Below, piece by piece: positions 41,779-54,000 of a DNA stretch of 64,000 nucleotides. Numbering within the stretch: position 1 is the stretch's first letter; each line of letters opens with the position of its first letter. The position numbers and the translations under genes were made by a program. The DNA comes from Eledone cirrhosa (taxonomy: Eukaryota): NCBI GenBank assembly GCA_964016885.1, contig OZ024757.1:13950001-14014000 (forward strand), written 5' to 3'. A model generated the notes under the pieces. That model did no database searches, had not been told where the DNA came from, and worked only from the letters and a program-made list of their open reading frames with translations.

Positions 41779-44358
41779 GTTAGTTGTTGTTTGTTGCTGT
41801 TTGTTGCTGTTAGTTGCTGTAAGTTGCTGTAAGTTGTTGTTAGTTGCTGTAAGTTGTTGTTAGTTGCTGTAAGTTGTTGTTAGTTGCTGTAAGTTGTTGT
41901 TAGTTGCTGTAAGTTGTTGTTAGTTGCTGTAAGTTGTTGTTAGTTGCTGTAAGTTGTTGTTAGTTGCTGTAAGTTGTTGTTAGTTGCTGTTAGTTGTTGT
42001 TAGTTGCTGTAAGTTGTTGTTAGTTGCTGTAAGTTGTTGTTAGTTGCTGTAAGTTGTTGTTAGTTGCTGTAAGTTGTTGTTAGTTGCTGTAAGTTGTTGT
42101 TAGTTGCTGTAAGTTGTTGTTAGTTGCTGTAAGTTGTTGTTAGTTGCTGTTAGTTGTTGTTAGTTGCTGTTAGTTGCTGTTAGTTGCTGTTAGTTGCTGT
42201 TAGTTGTTGTTTGTTGCTGTAAGTTGTTAGTTGCTGTAAGTTGTTGTAAGTTGTTGTAAGTTGCTGTAAGTTGCTGTAAGTTGTTGTTAGTTGCTGTAAG
42301 TTGTTGTTAGTTGCTGTTAGTTGTTGTTTGTTGCTGTAAGTTGTTAGTTGCTGTAAGTTGTTGTAAGTTGTTGTAAGTTGCTGTAAGTTGCTGTAAGTTG
42401 CTGTAAGTTGTTGTTAGTTGTTGTTAGTTGCTGTTAGTTGTTGTTTGTTGCTGTAAGTTGTAAGTTGCTGTAAGTTGCTGTAAGTTGCTGTAAGTTGCTG
42501 TAAGTTGCTGTAAGTTGCTGTAAGTTGTTGTTAGTTGCTGTAAGTTGTTGTTAGTTGCTGTAAGTTGTTGTTAGTTGCTGTAAGTTGTTGTTAGTTGCTG
42601 TAAGTTGTTGTTAGTTGCTGTAAGTTGTTGTTAGTTGCTGTAAGTTGTTGTTAGTTGCCGTAAGTTGTTGTTAGTTGCCGTAAGTTGTTGTTAGTTGTTG
42701 TAAGTTGTTGTTAGTTGTTGTAAGTTGTTGTTAGTTGTTGTTAGTTGCTGTAAGTTGTTGTTAGTTGTTGTTAGTTGTTGTTAGTTGTTGTTAGTTGTTA
42801 GTTGTTGTTAGTTGCTGTAAGTTGTTGTTAGTTGCTGTAAGTTGTTAGTTGCTGTAAGTTGTTGTTAGTTGTTGTAAGTTGTTGTTAGTTGCTGTAAGTT
42901 GTTGTTAGTTGCTGTAAGTTGTTGTTAGTTGCTGTTAGTTGTTGTAAGTTGCTGTAAGTTGCTGTAAGTTGCTGTAAGTTGCTGTAAGTTGCTGTAAGTT
43001 GCTGTAAGTTGTTGTTAGTTGCTGTAAGTTGTTGTTAGTTGCTGTAAGTTGTTGTTAGTTGCTGTAAGTTGTTGTTAGTTGCTGTAAGTTGTTGTTAGTT
43101 GCTGTAAGTTGTTGTTAGTTGCCGTAAGTTGTTGTTAGTTGCCGTAAGTTGTTGTTAGTTGTTGTAAGTTGTTGTTAGTTGTTGTAAGTTGTTGTTAGTT
43201 GTTGTTAGTTGCTGTAAGTTGTTGTTAGTTGTTGTTAGTTGTTGTTAGTTGTTGTTAGTTGTTGTTAGTTGTTAGTTGTTGTTAGTTGCTGTAAGTTGTT
43301 GTTAGTTGCTGTAAGTTGTTAGTTGCTGTAAGTTGTTGTTAGTTGTTGTAAGTTGTTGTTAGTTGCTGTAAGTTGTTGTTAGTTGCTGTAAGTTGTTGTT
43401 AGTTGCTGTTAGTTGTTGTTAGTTGCTGTTAGTTGTTGTTAGTTGCTGTTAGTTGTTGTTAGTTGCTGTTAGTTGTTGTTTGTTGCTGTAAGTTGTTAGT
43501 TGCTGTAAGTTGTTGTAAGTTGTTGTAAGTTGCTGTAAGTTGCTGTAAGTTGTTGTTAGTTGCTGTAAGTTGTTGTTAGTTGCTGTAAGTTGTTGTTTGT
43601 TGCTGTAAGTTGTTAGTTGCTGTAAGTTGTTGTAAGTTGTTGTAAGTTGCTGTAAGTTGCTGTAAGTTGCTGTAAGTTGTTGTTAGTTGCTGTTAGTTGT
43701 TGTTAGTTGCTGTTAGTTGTTGTTTGTTGCTGTAAGTTGTTAGTTGCTGTAAGTTGCTGTAAGTTGTTGTTAGTTGCTGTAAGTTGTTGTTAGTTGCTGT
43801 AAGTTGTTGTTAGTTGCTGTAAGTTGTTGTTAGTTGCCGTAAGTTGTTGTTAGTTGCCGTAAGTTGTTGTTAGTTGTTGTAAGTTGTTGTTAGTTGTTGT
43901 AAGTTGTTGTTAGTTGTTGTAAGTTGTTGTTAGTTGCTGTAAGTTGTTGTTAGTTGTTGTTAGTTGTTGTTAGTTGTTGTTAGTTGTTAGTTGTTGTTAG
44001 TTGCTGTAAGTTGTTGTTAGTTGCTGTAAGTTGTTAGTTGCTGTAAGTTGTTGTTAGTTGTTGTAAGTTGTTAGTTGTTGTAAGTTGTTGTAAGTTGCTG
44101 TAAGTTGCTGTTAGTTGCTGTAAGTTGTTGTTAGTTGCTGTTAGTTGCTGTAAGTTGTTGTTAGTTGCTGTAAGTTGCTGTAAGTTGTTGTTAGTTGCTG
44201 TAAGTTGTTGTTAGTTGTTGTAAGTTGTTGTTAGTTGTTGTAAGTTGTTGTTAGTTGTTGTAAGTTGTTGTTAGTTGTTGTAAGTTGTTGTTAGTTGTTG
44301 TTAGTTGTTGTTAGTTGTTAGTTGCTGTAAGTTGTTGTTAGTTGTTGTTAGTTGTTGT
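41779..44358. repeat. 10/20-bp satellite (tagttgctgt aagttgttgt)n
   Basis: Direct reading, ~2.6 kb. Confidence 0.97.
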
Positions 44359-44406
44359 ATATTCCTCTTCCTCTTCACTCTCTCCCTCTCTCTCTCTCTC
44401 TTCAAG

Positions 44407-44517
44407 GTTTCTCTGGTAAGAGATGCCAGGTAAATATAGATGAATGTATCAGTAATCCATGTACAAACGGTAAATGTGTTGACGGCGCCAACTCCTACCG
44501 ATGTCAGTGTAACACAG
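44407..44517 (+). CDS. Notch: Notch exon, EGF14
   Basis: Pyrimidine tract plus aag|, donor |gtaag, 111 nt. Encodes [38 protein letters not shown]. Confidence 0.92.
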
Positions 44518-45473
44518 GTAAGACTAATTAATTAATTTACTAACTAATTTATTAACTACTAGAATTTTTTTTTTTCAACAAGCTGACGCATATGTGTATA
44601 TATGTGTATATATGTGTATATATGTGTATATATGGAGGCACATGGCTTAGTGGTTAGAGCATTGGGCTTGCAATCGAAAGGTTGTGAGTTCAATTCTCAG
44701 ACCGAGTGATGTGTTGTTTCCTTGAGCAAGACACTTTATTTCACATTGCTCCAGTTTACTCAGCTGTAGAAATGAGATGATAGGGACTGGGGTCCCTATC
44801 ATTCCACTGCAAAATGGTCGTGGAGGTGCCACGGCAAAAAAGCACCCAGCACTCACTGTAAATGAGGTTGGTGTTAGGAAGGGCATCCAGCTGTAGAGAT
44901 CAAGCCAGAATCAGTTCCCGTTCCACCCTTGCAAGCAGGGAAAAAGCGGACGTAAAATGAAATGATGATGATATGTGTATATATGTGTATATGAATACAT
45001 ATAAATGTATGAGTAGATAAATATAAACACACAAACACGGACACACTTACAAAAATACACACTCAGACATTCACACACACACACACAGATTTATATATAT
45101 TTACACAAACACACACATATGCATACTCACACACACAGCGTAGCAAATGGAACCCCAGCTGCTGTTTTGCTATAGTTTTTTCAAACACGCAAACACAGAC
45201 ACACTTGCAAAGATACACACACATGGACATAATTTCACCCACACACACATGCATACATTCAACCACACACACACATACATCCACATACACTCACACACAT
45301 ACACTGCATAGCAAATGGAACGCCAGCCGCTGTTTTGCTATAGTTTTTTTCATCGCCCCTTTCCTTCCTTTAACACACACACACACACATACACATTGTG
45401 TGATGGATGGACGGACGGATGAAAGTGGCTCAAATTTATATATAGATTTATTAATTTATATATTGTTTTACAG

Positions 45474-45707
45474 GTTACAGTGGTACAAACTGTGAAAAGA
45501 ATGTTGACGATTGCAAGGGAGTCGTCTGTGGAAACGGAACCTGTCATGACAACATTCACAGCTACACCTGTAAATGTTTCCCTGGTTACACTGGCCGACA
45601 CTGTGAAACAGAAATCAATGAATGTGACAGCCAGCCCTGCAAAAATGGTGGCACCTGTCGCAATGTTGGCAATGATTACGAGTGCCGCTGTCTGAGTGGC
45701 ACTTCAG
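45474..45707 (+). CDS. Notch: Notch exon, EGF15-16
   Basis: Boundaries ttttacag| and |gtatg, 234 nt. Encodes GYSGTNCEKNVDDCKGVVCGNGTCHDNIHSYTCKCFPGYTGRHCETEINECDSQPCKNGGTCRNVGNDYECRCLSGTSG; GTSG is typical of Notch EGF16. Confidence 0.93.
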
Positions 45708-47065
45708 GTATGTCTGCTATGAGTATTATATTTGTGTGTTACACCGGTTGAGTGGAGGTGTGTGGCCTTATGGTAAGGGTGTTGGACTTAACGATCATTA
45801 TGTTGTGGGTTCGATTCCTGGACTGGGTTGCTTGTTGTGTTCTTGAGCAAAACACTTTGTTTCACGTTGCTCCAGTATACTCAGCTGAAAAAGAGTACTA
45901 GCAATAGCTAGGAGTTTAACCTTGTGATGGACTAGTGTCCTGTCCAGTGGGGAGTCTTGTGCTCTCAGTTGCTTCATGCCATTAAACCGGGATAAGCACT
46001 GGCCTAACGAGCCTTCTGGCTTAAGACAGACTTTAACCTGCGATGGACTGATGTCTTGTCCAAGGGGGAAGTCCTGAAATTGACTTGCAGTTTTATTGCT
46101 TTCCTGACCATTAACTAAAATTTGCAAAAATTCAGTAGCAATATCAATTGTCATCTTCTCTCTCCTTGAATTATGTTCTCTCTGCCTCGTTCTTCTCCTT
46201 TGTCAGTAGCCCCTTGCATTTTAGGGGCTTTATTGCTTTGCTTGGGGTGAGCAAAACAAAAAAAAAATATTAGGGAGATTTTAACCCTTTAGCATTTACA
46301 TTATTCTATATTTACTATTGTATTATCACGGTAAACACTTTATTTCACATAATTATCTCACATAATATCGAATCTACGAGATTTTGGTATTATTTATTTT
46401 GAGAACAATACCTTAACATAAGCAAGAGCAGATGGTTTGAACAGAAAGAGGTGAGATAATTTTGGTCAGATATGGCCGGTTTAATTGCTAAAAGGGTGGA
46501 AGAGATTTAGAAAGTTTTTACATCTGTTGGCAACAAAGAATTTATATATAAATTTAGTAGAAATAGAATCTTTCGCCATATTTTCGCCAAATTTTAGCCT
46601 GATAGTGGGGCTTAAAACCCTCAAAAATGGAAAAGGATGAGTATTGATCAACATGTACGTCAATACTCATCTTTTTCCATTTTTAGAGGGTTTTATACCC
46701 TATCATCGCTGGGTAAAGAAGTGCCAAGAAATGCCAGTTGAAGGAAGACATAGTAGAGGAAGACCATGAAAAACATGGGCGGAAGTGGTGAGAGCAGACC
46801 TCAGATCGCTGAAGCTAACGGTGGAGATGACGAAGGGCCGTGACAAGTGGAGAGATGCTGTGCTGAATAGGCCCCGTCCCATCCTTGCAAGCAGGGAAAA
46901 GCAGACGTAAAATGATGATGATCATCATCATCATCAGCATCAGGCTAAAAATTCTTTAGTAAAAAATACAGCGATTTCGTCTATTTCTACTAAATTTCAA
47001 ACTTCACTCGCTGTTTCAAAACAAATTTATATATCTTTTTCTCTTTAAATGTTTTTTTTTTAAAG

Positions 47066-47179
47066 GTCGATCCTGTGAAAATAACTACAATGATTGTGCC
47101 AGCAACCCCTGTCATAACAAAGCCACATGTGTTGATGGTATCAACAAATATGAGTGCCGTTGTCTGGCTGGTTTCACAG
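47066..47179 (+). CDS. Notch: Notch exon, EGF17
   Basis: T-tract plus aag|, donor |gtaag, 114 nt. Encodes [39 protein letters not shown]. Confidence 0.92.
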
Positions 47180-47249
47180 GTAAGATGGTGCCTGCTGCGC
47201 TGCTCAACTTTTTAAGACATCACATTTGCTATGAAGTTATAATACACTT

Positions 47250-47930
47250 TACAGATTTTATTGGTAGGTGGGGCATAAACCCATCAGATTTTGTCAGTGG
47301 GTGGAGCATAAACCACCCATCAGATTTTGTCAGTGGGTGGGGCATAAACCCATCAGATTTTGTCAGTGGGTGGGGCATAAACCACCCATCAGATTTTGTC
47401 AGTGGGTGGGGCATAAACCACCCATCAGATTTTGTCAGTGGGTGGGGCATAAACCACCCATCAGATTTTGTCAGTGGGTGGGGCATAAACCCTCCAGATT
47501 TTGTCAGTGGGTGGGGCATAAACCCTCCAGATTTTGTCAGTGGGTGGAGCATAAACCCTCCAGATTTTGTCAGTGGGTGGGGCATAAACCCACAAGATTT
47601 TGTCAGTGGGTGGGGCATAAACCCTCCAGATTTTGTCAGTGGGTGGGGCATAAACCCTCCAGATTTTGTCAGTGGGTGGAGCATAAACCCTCCAGATTTT
47701 GTCAGTGGATGGGGCATAAACCCTCCAGATTTTGTCAGTGGGTGGGGCATAAACCACTCATCAGATTTTGTCAGTGGGTGGAGCATAAACCCTCCAGATT
47801 TTGTCAATGGGTAGGGCATAAACCCACCAGATTTTGTGGGTGGAGCCTAAACTTACCACAGTTTGTCAGTAGGTGGGGCATAATCTTACTAGATTTTGTT
47901 GATGGGTAGGGCATAAACTTAAGTTTGTCA
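47250..47930. repeat. 36-39-bp minisatellite (cagattttgtcagtgggtggggcataaaccctc)
   Basis: About 17 copies, beginning ~70 bp after a Notch splice donor. Confidence 0.93.
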
Positions 47931-48067
47931 ATTGTACCTTAACCCACTGGAGGCAATGAAAGGGAAGGGGCATAAACCTTATTGCACTCATTGTTGGACA
48001 GTAAACCCATTGAATATATTTGTGACCCCTTAAAATTGTATAATTTGTTGTTTTCTTTGATGTACAG

Positions 48068-48263
48068 GACGGGAATGTGAGAGTGACATCAATGAGTGTA
48101 CCTCAGATCCCTGCTTCAATGGTGGGGAATGCCGTGATATGGAGAACTATTACCACTGCAATTGCCCTCCTGGGTTCTACGGCCCTCAGTGCCAGTCAGA
48201 CATTAATGAATGTTCCAGCAACCCTTGCATCAACGGAGGAACTTGCATTAATGGAGTGAGCAA
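48068..48263 (+). CDS. Notch: Notch exon, EGF18 and first part of EGF19
   Basis: Boundaries tacag| and |gtaag, phase 1/2. Encodes GRECESDINECTSDPCFNGGECRDMENYYHCNCPPGFYGPQCQSDINECSSNPCINGGTCINGVSK. Confidence 0.92.
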
Positions 48264-48958
48264 GTAAGTAATGTTGCTGTCTTTATTGTTCTGGTTGTTG
48301 TAGTTGTTGTTGTGGTTGTGATGGTCTTGGTTGTTGTTGGGGTTACTGTGGTCGTGGTCATTGTTGTTAATGTCGGGGTTGTTATGGTTGTGGTTGTTGT
48401 GGTCGTTGTTGTTGTTAATGTCGGGGTTGTTGTGGTTTTTGTAGTGGACATTGGTATCTTTGAGGTTGTGGTCAGGGTTGTTGTTGTGGCTGTGGTCAGG
48501 GTGGTTGTTGTGGCTGTGGTCAGGGTGGTTGTTGTGGCTGTGGTCAGGGTTGTTGTGGTTGTAGTTGTTGTGTTTGTGATTCATATCAATAAGGTTGAAG
48601 GTTTAGCTGGCCTCCTGCAAGGTCATTTCATAGATTTTAAGGGTGTTTTAATGTTAGGGTGTCCAGTACTATCATGTTGTAATCACAGCTCATGCCTATG
48701 TAGATTTAGCTGGCCTCTTACAAGGTCATTTCAGAGGAAATTTTAAGGATGGTTTTTGATAAGGCCCCAGTCATATCATGAAAAGACTCCCTCCTTGAAG
48801 CAGTTACCAGTTTGTTGCAGGGGCCAGCTTGCTGTTGCTGGTCATTTTTTTCTTCTTGGGTGGCCTGGAGCAAAGTGAAATGAAGTGTCTTGCTCAAGAA
48901 CACAATACACTGTTCTCTCCAGGAATTGATCAAAAGTCCAACACCCTAACCACTAGAC

Positions 48959-49363
48959 CAGGCATGGTGGGTGACCTTTTTTGAGCAGTGGGTCGCATAG
49001 GATGTGTCTCATCATATGATGGGCCTCACTACTAAAAAATTCAAGGCAGTTTTGAAATTAGGCGTGCCATTTAGAAAGCCAAATGGACTGCATGTGGCCC
49101 ATGGGCCATAGTCTGCCAATGACTCACGAAACCAATAGGATGTGTCTCATCATATGATGGGCCTCACTACTAAAAAATTCAAGGCAGTTTTGAAATTAGG
49201 CGTGCCATTTAGAAAGCCAAATGGACTGCATGTGGCCCATGGGCCATAGTCTGCCAATGACTCACGAAACCATGCACTTTAATTTTGATGTCTAATTAGA
49301 CATTCCATTCAGAAAGCCAAACAGACCGCATGTGGCCCACGGGCCGTAGTTTACCCATGACTG
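48959..49363. mobile_element. hAT/Charlie-like MITE remnant with ~139-bp internal duplication
   Basis: The end ggcccacgggccgtagtttacccatgactg resembles hAT-Charlie subterminal/terminal motifs. 48997-49135 is duplicated at 49135-49273. Confidence 0.5.
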
Positions 49364-49404
49364 CACTAAACCATGCACCTTCATTTTGATATCTAATGAT
49401 GTGA

Positions 49405-49638
<234 letters not shown>

Positions 49639-50472
49639 TAGAGCACAGGGCTGTATATAAGTGAGGTGTGGGCTACCCACTCATCTAAGCACTCAGTAGA
49701 GCTTGGGATTGTATGTAACTGAGGTGTGGGCTAAAACACTGTTCTGACTTAGGTGTAGGGTCTGTCACCTTCTCCCTTTCCTCATTTTCTGCTTCCTTTG
49801 CCTAATAGTCGTTGTTCTTTGCTCTTTCCCTCTTATTTATGGCATTTATAGTACTTTCCAATACTGCTTTCTTTTTCTGTACATTTTATTAACCCTTTAG
49901 CATTTAATCCGGCCGTATCCAGCCAGAATTCTCTCACCTTTTACTGTTTAAACCAGCCATATCTAGCCAGAATATTCTCACCTTTTTCTGTTCGAACCAG
50001 CTGTAACTGGGCACTGATACTGATGTTAAGGTATTTTTCTCAAAATAAATATCATCAAAATCTCATAGATTCGATATTATGTGAGATAATCATGTGAGAT
50101 AAAGCCTTTACCGTGAAAATATAATAGTTCATATAGAGTAATGTTTCATGCTAAAGTGTTAAACCGGCTGTATCCGGCCAGAATTCTTTCACCTCTTTCT
50201 GTTCAAACCAGCCGTAACAAGGCACTCATACTGATGTTAAGGTATTGTTCTCAAAATAAATAACATCAAAATCTCATAGATTCGATATCATGTGAGATAA
50301 CGCCTTTACCATGAAAATACAATAGTATATATAGAGTAATGTAAATGTTATGTGAGATAAAGCCTTTACCATGAAAATACAATAGTATATATAGAGTAAT
50401 GTAAATGTTAAAGGTTAAACCACACTTCATACTTGACAAAGAAATGCCTGTATTTTTCTTCTTTGTAAATAG

Positions 50473-50700
50473 GTGATAATTGTCAACTGGATATCAATGA
50501 ATGCGGCAGCAACCCATGTGTCCATGGGAAGTGTTCCAATGAAATGAATCGGTACATATGCTACTGTTATGAATCCTACACCGGCAGAAACTGCGAGACG
50601 AAAATGGAACCTTGTAAATCAAACCCATGTATTCACGGCAGTTGTGAGCCAACCAATGGTTACACAGACTATCAATGCCAGTGTCAACCAGGGTATCATG
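50473..50700 (+). CDS. Notch: Notch exon, EGF21-22
   Basis: Boundaries aatag| and |gtaag, 228 nt. Encodes [77 protein letters not shown]; KMEPC matches the non-Ca-binding EGF22 (fly KMDPC). Confidence 0.93.
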
Positions 50701-50854
50701 GTAAGTTTCCTTAGTTTATAGTTATGGCCTTTTACGTTCTGAGTTCAAATCCCGCACCAGTAATGCACTGGGGTTGATTTAATCGACTTTCCCTTCCCCT
50801 TCAAATTGCTGGCCTTGTGCCTAAAGTAGAAACAATTTTTATTATTATTAATAA

Positions 50855-50945
50855 GGGCGGTGGAGTGGCAGTATCGGTAGAGGGTCGGACGCCATGCTTT
50901 GACGCATAGGGTTACGGCCCTTGCCATTCTGAGTTCAAATCCCGC
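50855..50945 (+). mobile_element. tRNA-derived SINE (family B) head
   Basis: gggcggtggagtggcagtatcggtagagggtcggacgccatgc...gagttcaaatccc. Other pieces at 13298-13418, 19830-19996(-), 20070-20243(-), 32235-32362, 50720-50850 and 58020-58170. Confidence 0.75.
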
Positions 50946-51015
50946 TCATGGACGTTATCTAACCATCTTGCTCGGGGTCTACCCCTGGGTCTCTTGCCTG
51001 TTGATTTTGCCTGTA

Positions 51016-54000
51016 AAATCTGTCCAGCAATTCTTTCCTAAGTCGTTCTATTCACCTGTCCATAGTATCAGAGCTGTGATCTCTCAAATCTGTCCAGCAA
51101 TTCTTTCCTAAGTCGTTCTATTCACCTGTCCATAGTATCAGAGCTGTGATGTCTCAAATCTGTCCAGCAATTCTTTCCTAAGTCGTTCTATTCACCTGTC
51201 CATAGTATCAGAGCTGTGATGTCTCAAATCTGTCCAGCAATTCTTTCCTAAGTCGTTCTATTCACCTGTCCATAGTATCAGAGCTGTGATGTCTCAAATC
51301 TGTCCAGCAATTCTTTCCTAAGTCGTTCTATTCACCTGTCCATAGTATCAGAGCTGTGATGTCTCAAATCTGTCCAGCAATTCTTTCCTAAGTCGTTCTA
51401 TTCACCTGTCCATAGTATCAGAGCTGTGATCTCTCAAATCTGTCCAGCAATTCTTTCCTAAGTCGTTCTATTCACCTGTCCATAGTATCAGAGCTGTGAT
51501 CTCTCAAATCTGTCCAGCAATTCTTCCCTAAGTCGTTCTATTCACCTGTCCATAGTATCAGAGCTGTGATGTCTCAAATCTGTCCAGCAATTCTTCCCTC
51601 AGTCGTTCTATTCACCTGTCCATAGTATCAGAGCTGTGATCTCTCAAATCTGTCCAGCAATTCTTTCCTAAGTCGTTCTATTCACCTGCCCCTAGTATCG
51701 GAGCTGTGATCTCTCAAATCTGTCCAGCAATTCTTTCCTAAGTCGTTCTATTCACCTGTCCATAGTATCAGAGCTGTGACCTTTCAAATCTGTCCAGCAA
51801 TTCTTTCCTAAGTCGTTCTATTCACCTGCCCCTAGTATCAGAGCTGTGATGTCTCAAATCTGTCCAGCAATTCTTTCCTAAGTCGTTCTATTCACCTGTC
51901 CATAGTATCAGAGCTGTGATGTCTCAAATCTGTCCAGCAATTCTTTCCTAAGTCGTTCTATTCACCTGTCCATAGTATCAGAGCTGTGATGTCTCAAATC
52001 TGTCCAGCAATTCTTTCCTAAGTCGTTCTATTCACCTGTCCATAGTATCAGAGCTGTGATGTCTCAAATCTGTCCAGCAATTCTTTCCTAAGTCGTTCTA
52101 TTCACCTGTCCATAGTATCAGAGCTGTGATCTCTCAAATCTGTCCAGCTATTCTTTCCTAAGTCGTTCTATTCACCTGTCCATAGTATCAGAGCTGTGAT
52201 CTCTCAAATCTGTCCAGCAATTCTTTCCTAAGTCGTTCTATTCACCTGTCCATAGTATCAGAGCTGTGACCTTTCAAATCTGTCCAGCAATTCTTTCCTA
52301 AGTCGTTCTATTCACCTGCCCCTAGTATCAGAGCTGTGACCTTTCAAATCTGTCCAGCAATTCTTTCCTAAGTCGTTCTATTCACCTGTCCATAGTATCA
52401 GAGCTGTGATGTCTCAAATCTGTCCAGCAATTCTTTCCTAAGTCGTTCTATTCACCTGTCCATAGTATCAGAGCTGTGATGTCTCAAATCTGTCCAGCAA
52501 TTCTTTCCTAAGTCGTTCTATTCACCTGTCCATAGTATCAGAGCTGTGATGTCTCAAATCTGTCCAGCAATTCTTCCCTAAGTCGTTCTATTCACCTGCC
52601 CCTAGTATCGGAGCTGTGACCTTTCAAATCTGTCCAGCAATTCTTCCCTAAGTCGTTCTATTCACCTGCCCCTAGTATCAGAGCTGTGACCTTTCAAATC
52701 TGTCCAGCAATTCTTCCCTAAGTCGTTCTATTCACCTGTCCATAGTATCAGAGCTGTGATCTCTCAAATCTGTCCAGCTATTCTTTCCTAAGTCGTTCTA
52801 TTCACCTGTCCATAGTATCAGAGCTGTGACCTTTCAAATCTGTCCAGCAATTCTTCCCTAAGTCGTTCTATTCACCTGCCCCTAGTATCAGAGCTGTGAT
52901 GTCTCAAATCTGTCCAGCAATTCTTTCCTAAGTCGTTCTATTCACCTGTCCATAGTATCAGAGCTGTGATGTCTCAAATCTGTCCAGCAATTCTTTCCTA
53001 AGTCGTTCTATTCACCTGTCCATAGTATCAGAGCTGTGATGTCTCAAATCTGTCCAGCAATTCTTTCCTAAGTCGTTCTATTCACCTGTCCATAGTATCA
53101 GAGCTGTGATGTCTCAAATCTGTCCAGCAATTCTTTCCTAAGTCGTTCTATTCACCTGTCCATAGTATCAGAGCTGTGATGTCTCAAATCTGTCCAGCAA
53201 TTCTTTCCTAAGTCGTTCTATTCACCTGTCCATAGTATCGGAGCTGTGACCTTTCAAATCTGTCCAGCTATTCTTTCCTAAGTCGTTCTATTCACCTGTC
53301 CATAGTATCAGAGCTGTGACCTTTCAAATCTGTCCAGCAATTCTTCCCTAAGTCGTTCTATTCACCTGTCCATAGTATCAGAGCTGTGATCTCTCAAATC
53401 TGTCCAGCTATTCTTTCCTAAGTCGTTCTATTCACCTGTCCATAGTATCAGAGCTGTGACCTTTCAAATCTGTCCAGCAATTCTTCCCTAAGTCGTTCTA
53501 TTCACCTGTCCATAGTATCAGAGCTGTGATCTCTCAAATCTGTCCAGCAATTCTTTCCTAAGTCGTTCTATTCACCTGTCCATAGTATCAGAGCTGTGAT
53601 GTCTCAAATCTGTCCAGCAATTCTTTCCTAAGTCGTTCTATTCACCTGTCCATAGTATCAGAGCTGTGATGTCTCAAATCTGTCCAGCAATTCTTTCCTA
53701 AGTCGTTCTATTCACCTGTCCATAGTATCAGAGCTGTGATCTCTCAAATCTGTCCAGCTATTCTTTCCTAAGTCGTTCTATTCACCTGTCCATAGTATCA
53801 GAGCTGTGATCTCTCAAATCTGTCCAGCAATTCTTTCCTAAGTCGTTCTATTCACCTGTCCATAGTATCAGAGCTGTGACCTTTCAAATCTGTCCAGCAA
53901 TTCTTTCCTAAGTCGTTCTATTCACCTGCCCCTAGTATCAGAGCTGTGATGTCTCAAATCTGTCCAGCAATTCTTTCCTAAGTCGTTCTATTCACCTGTC

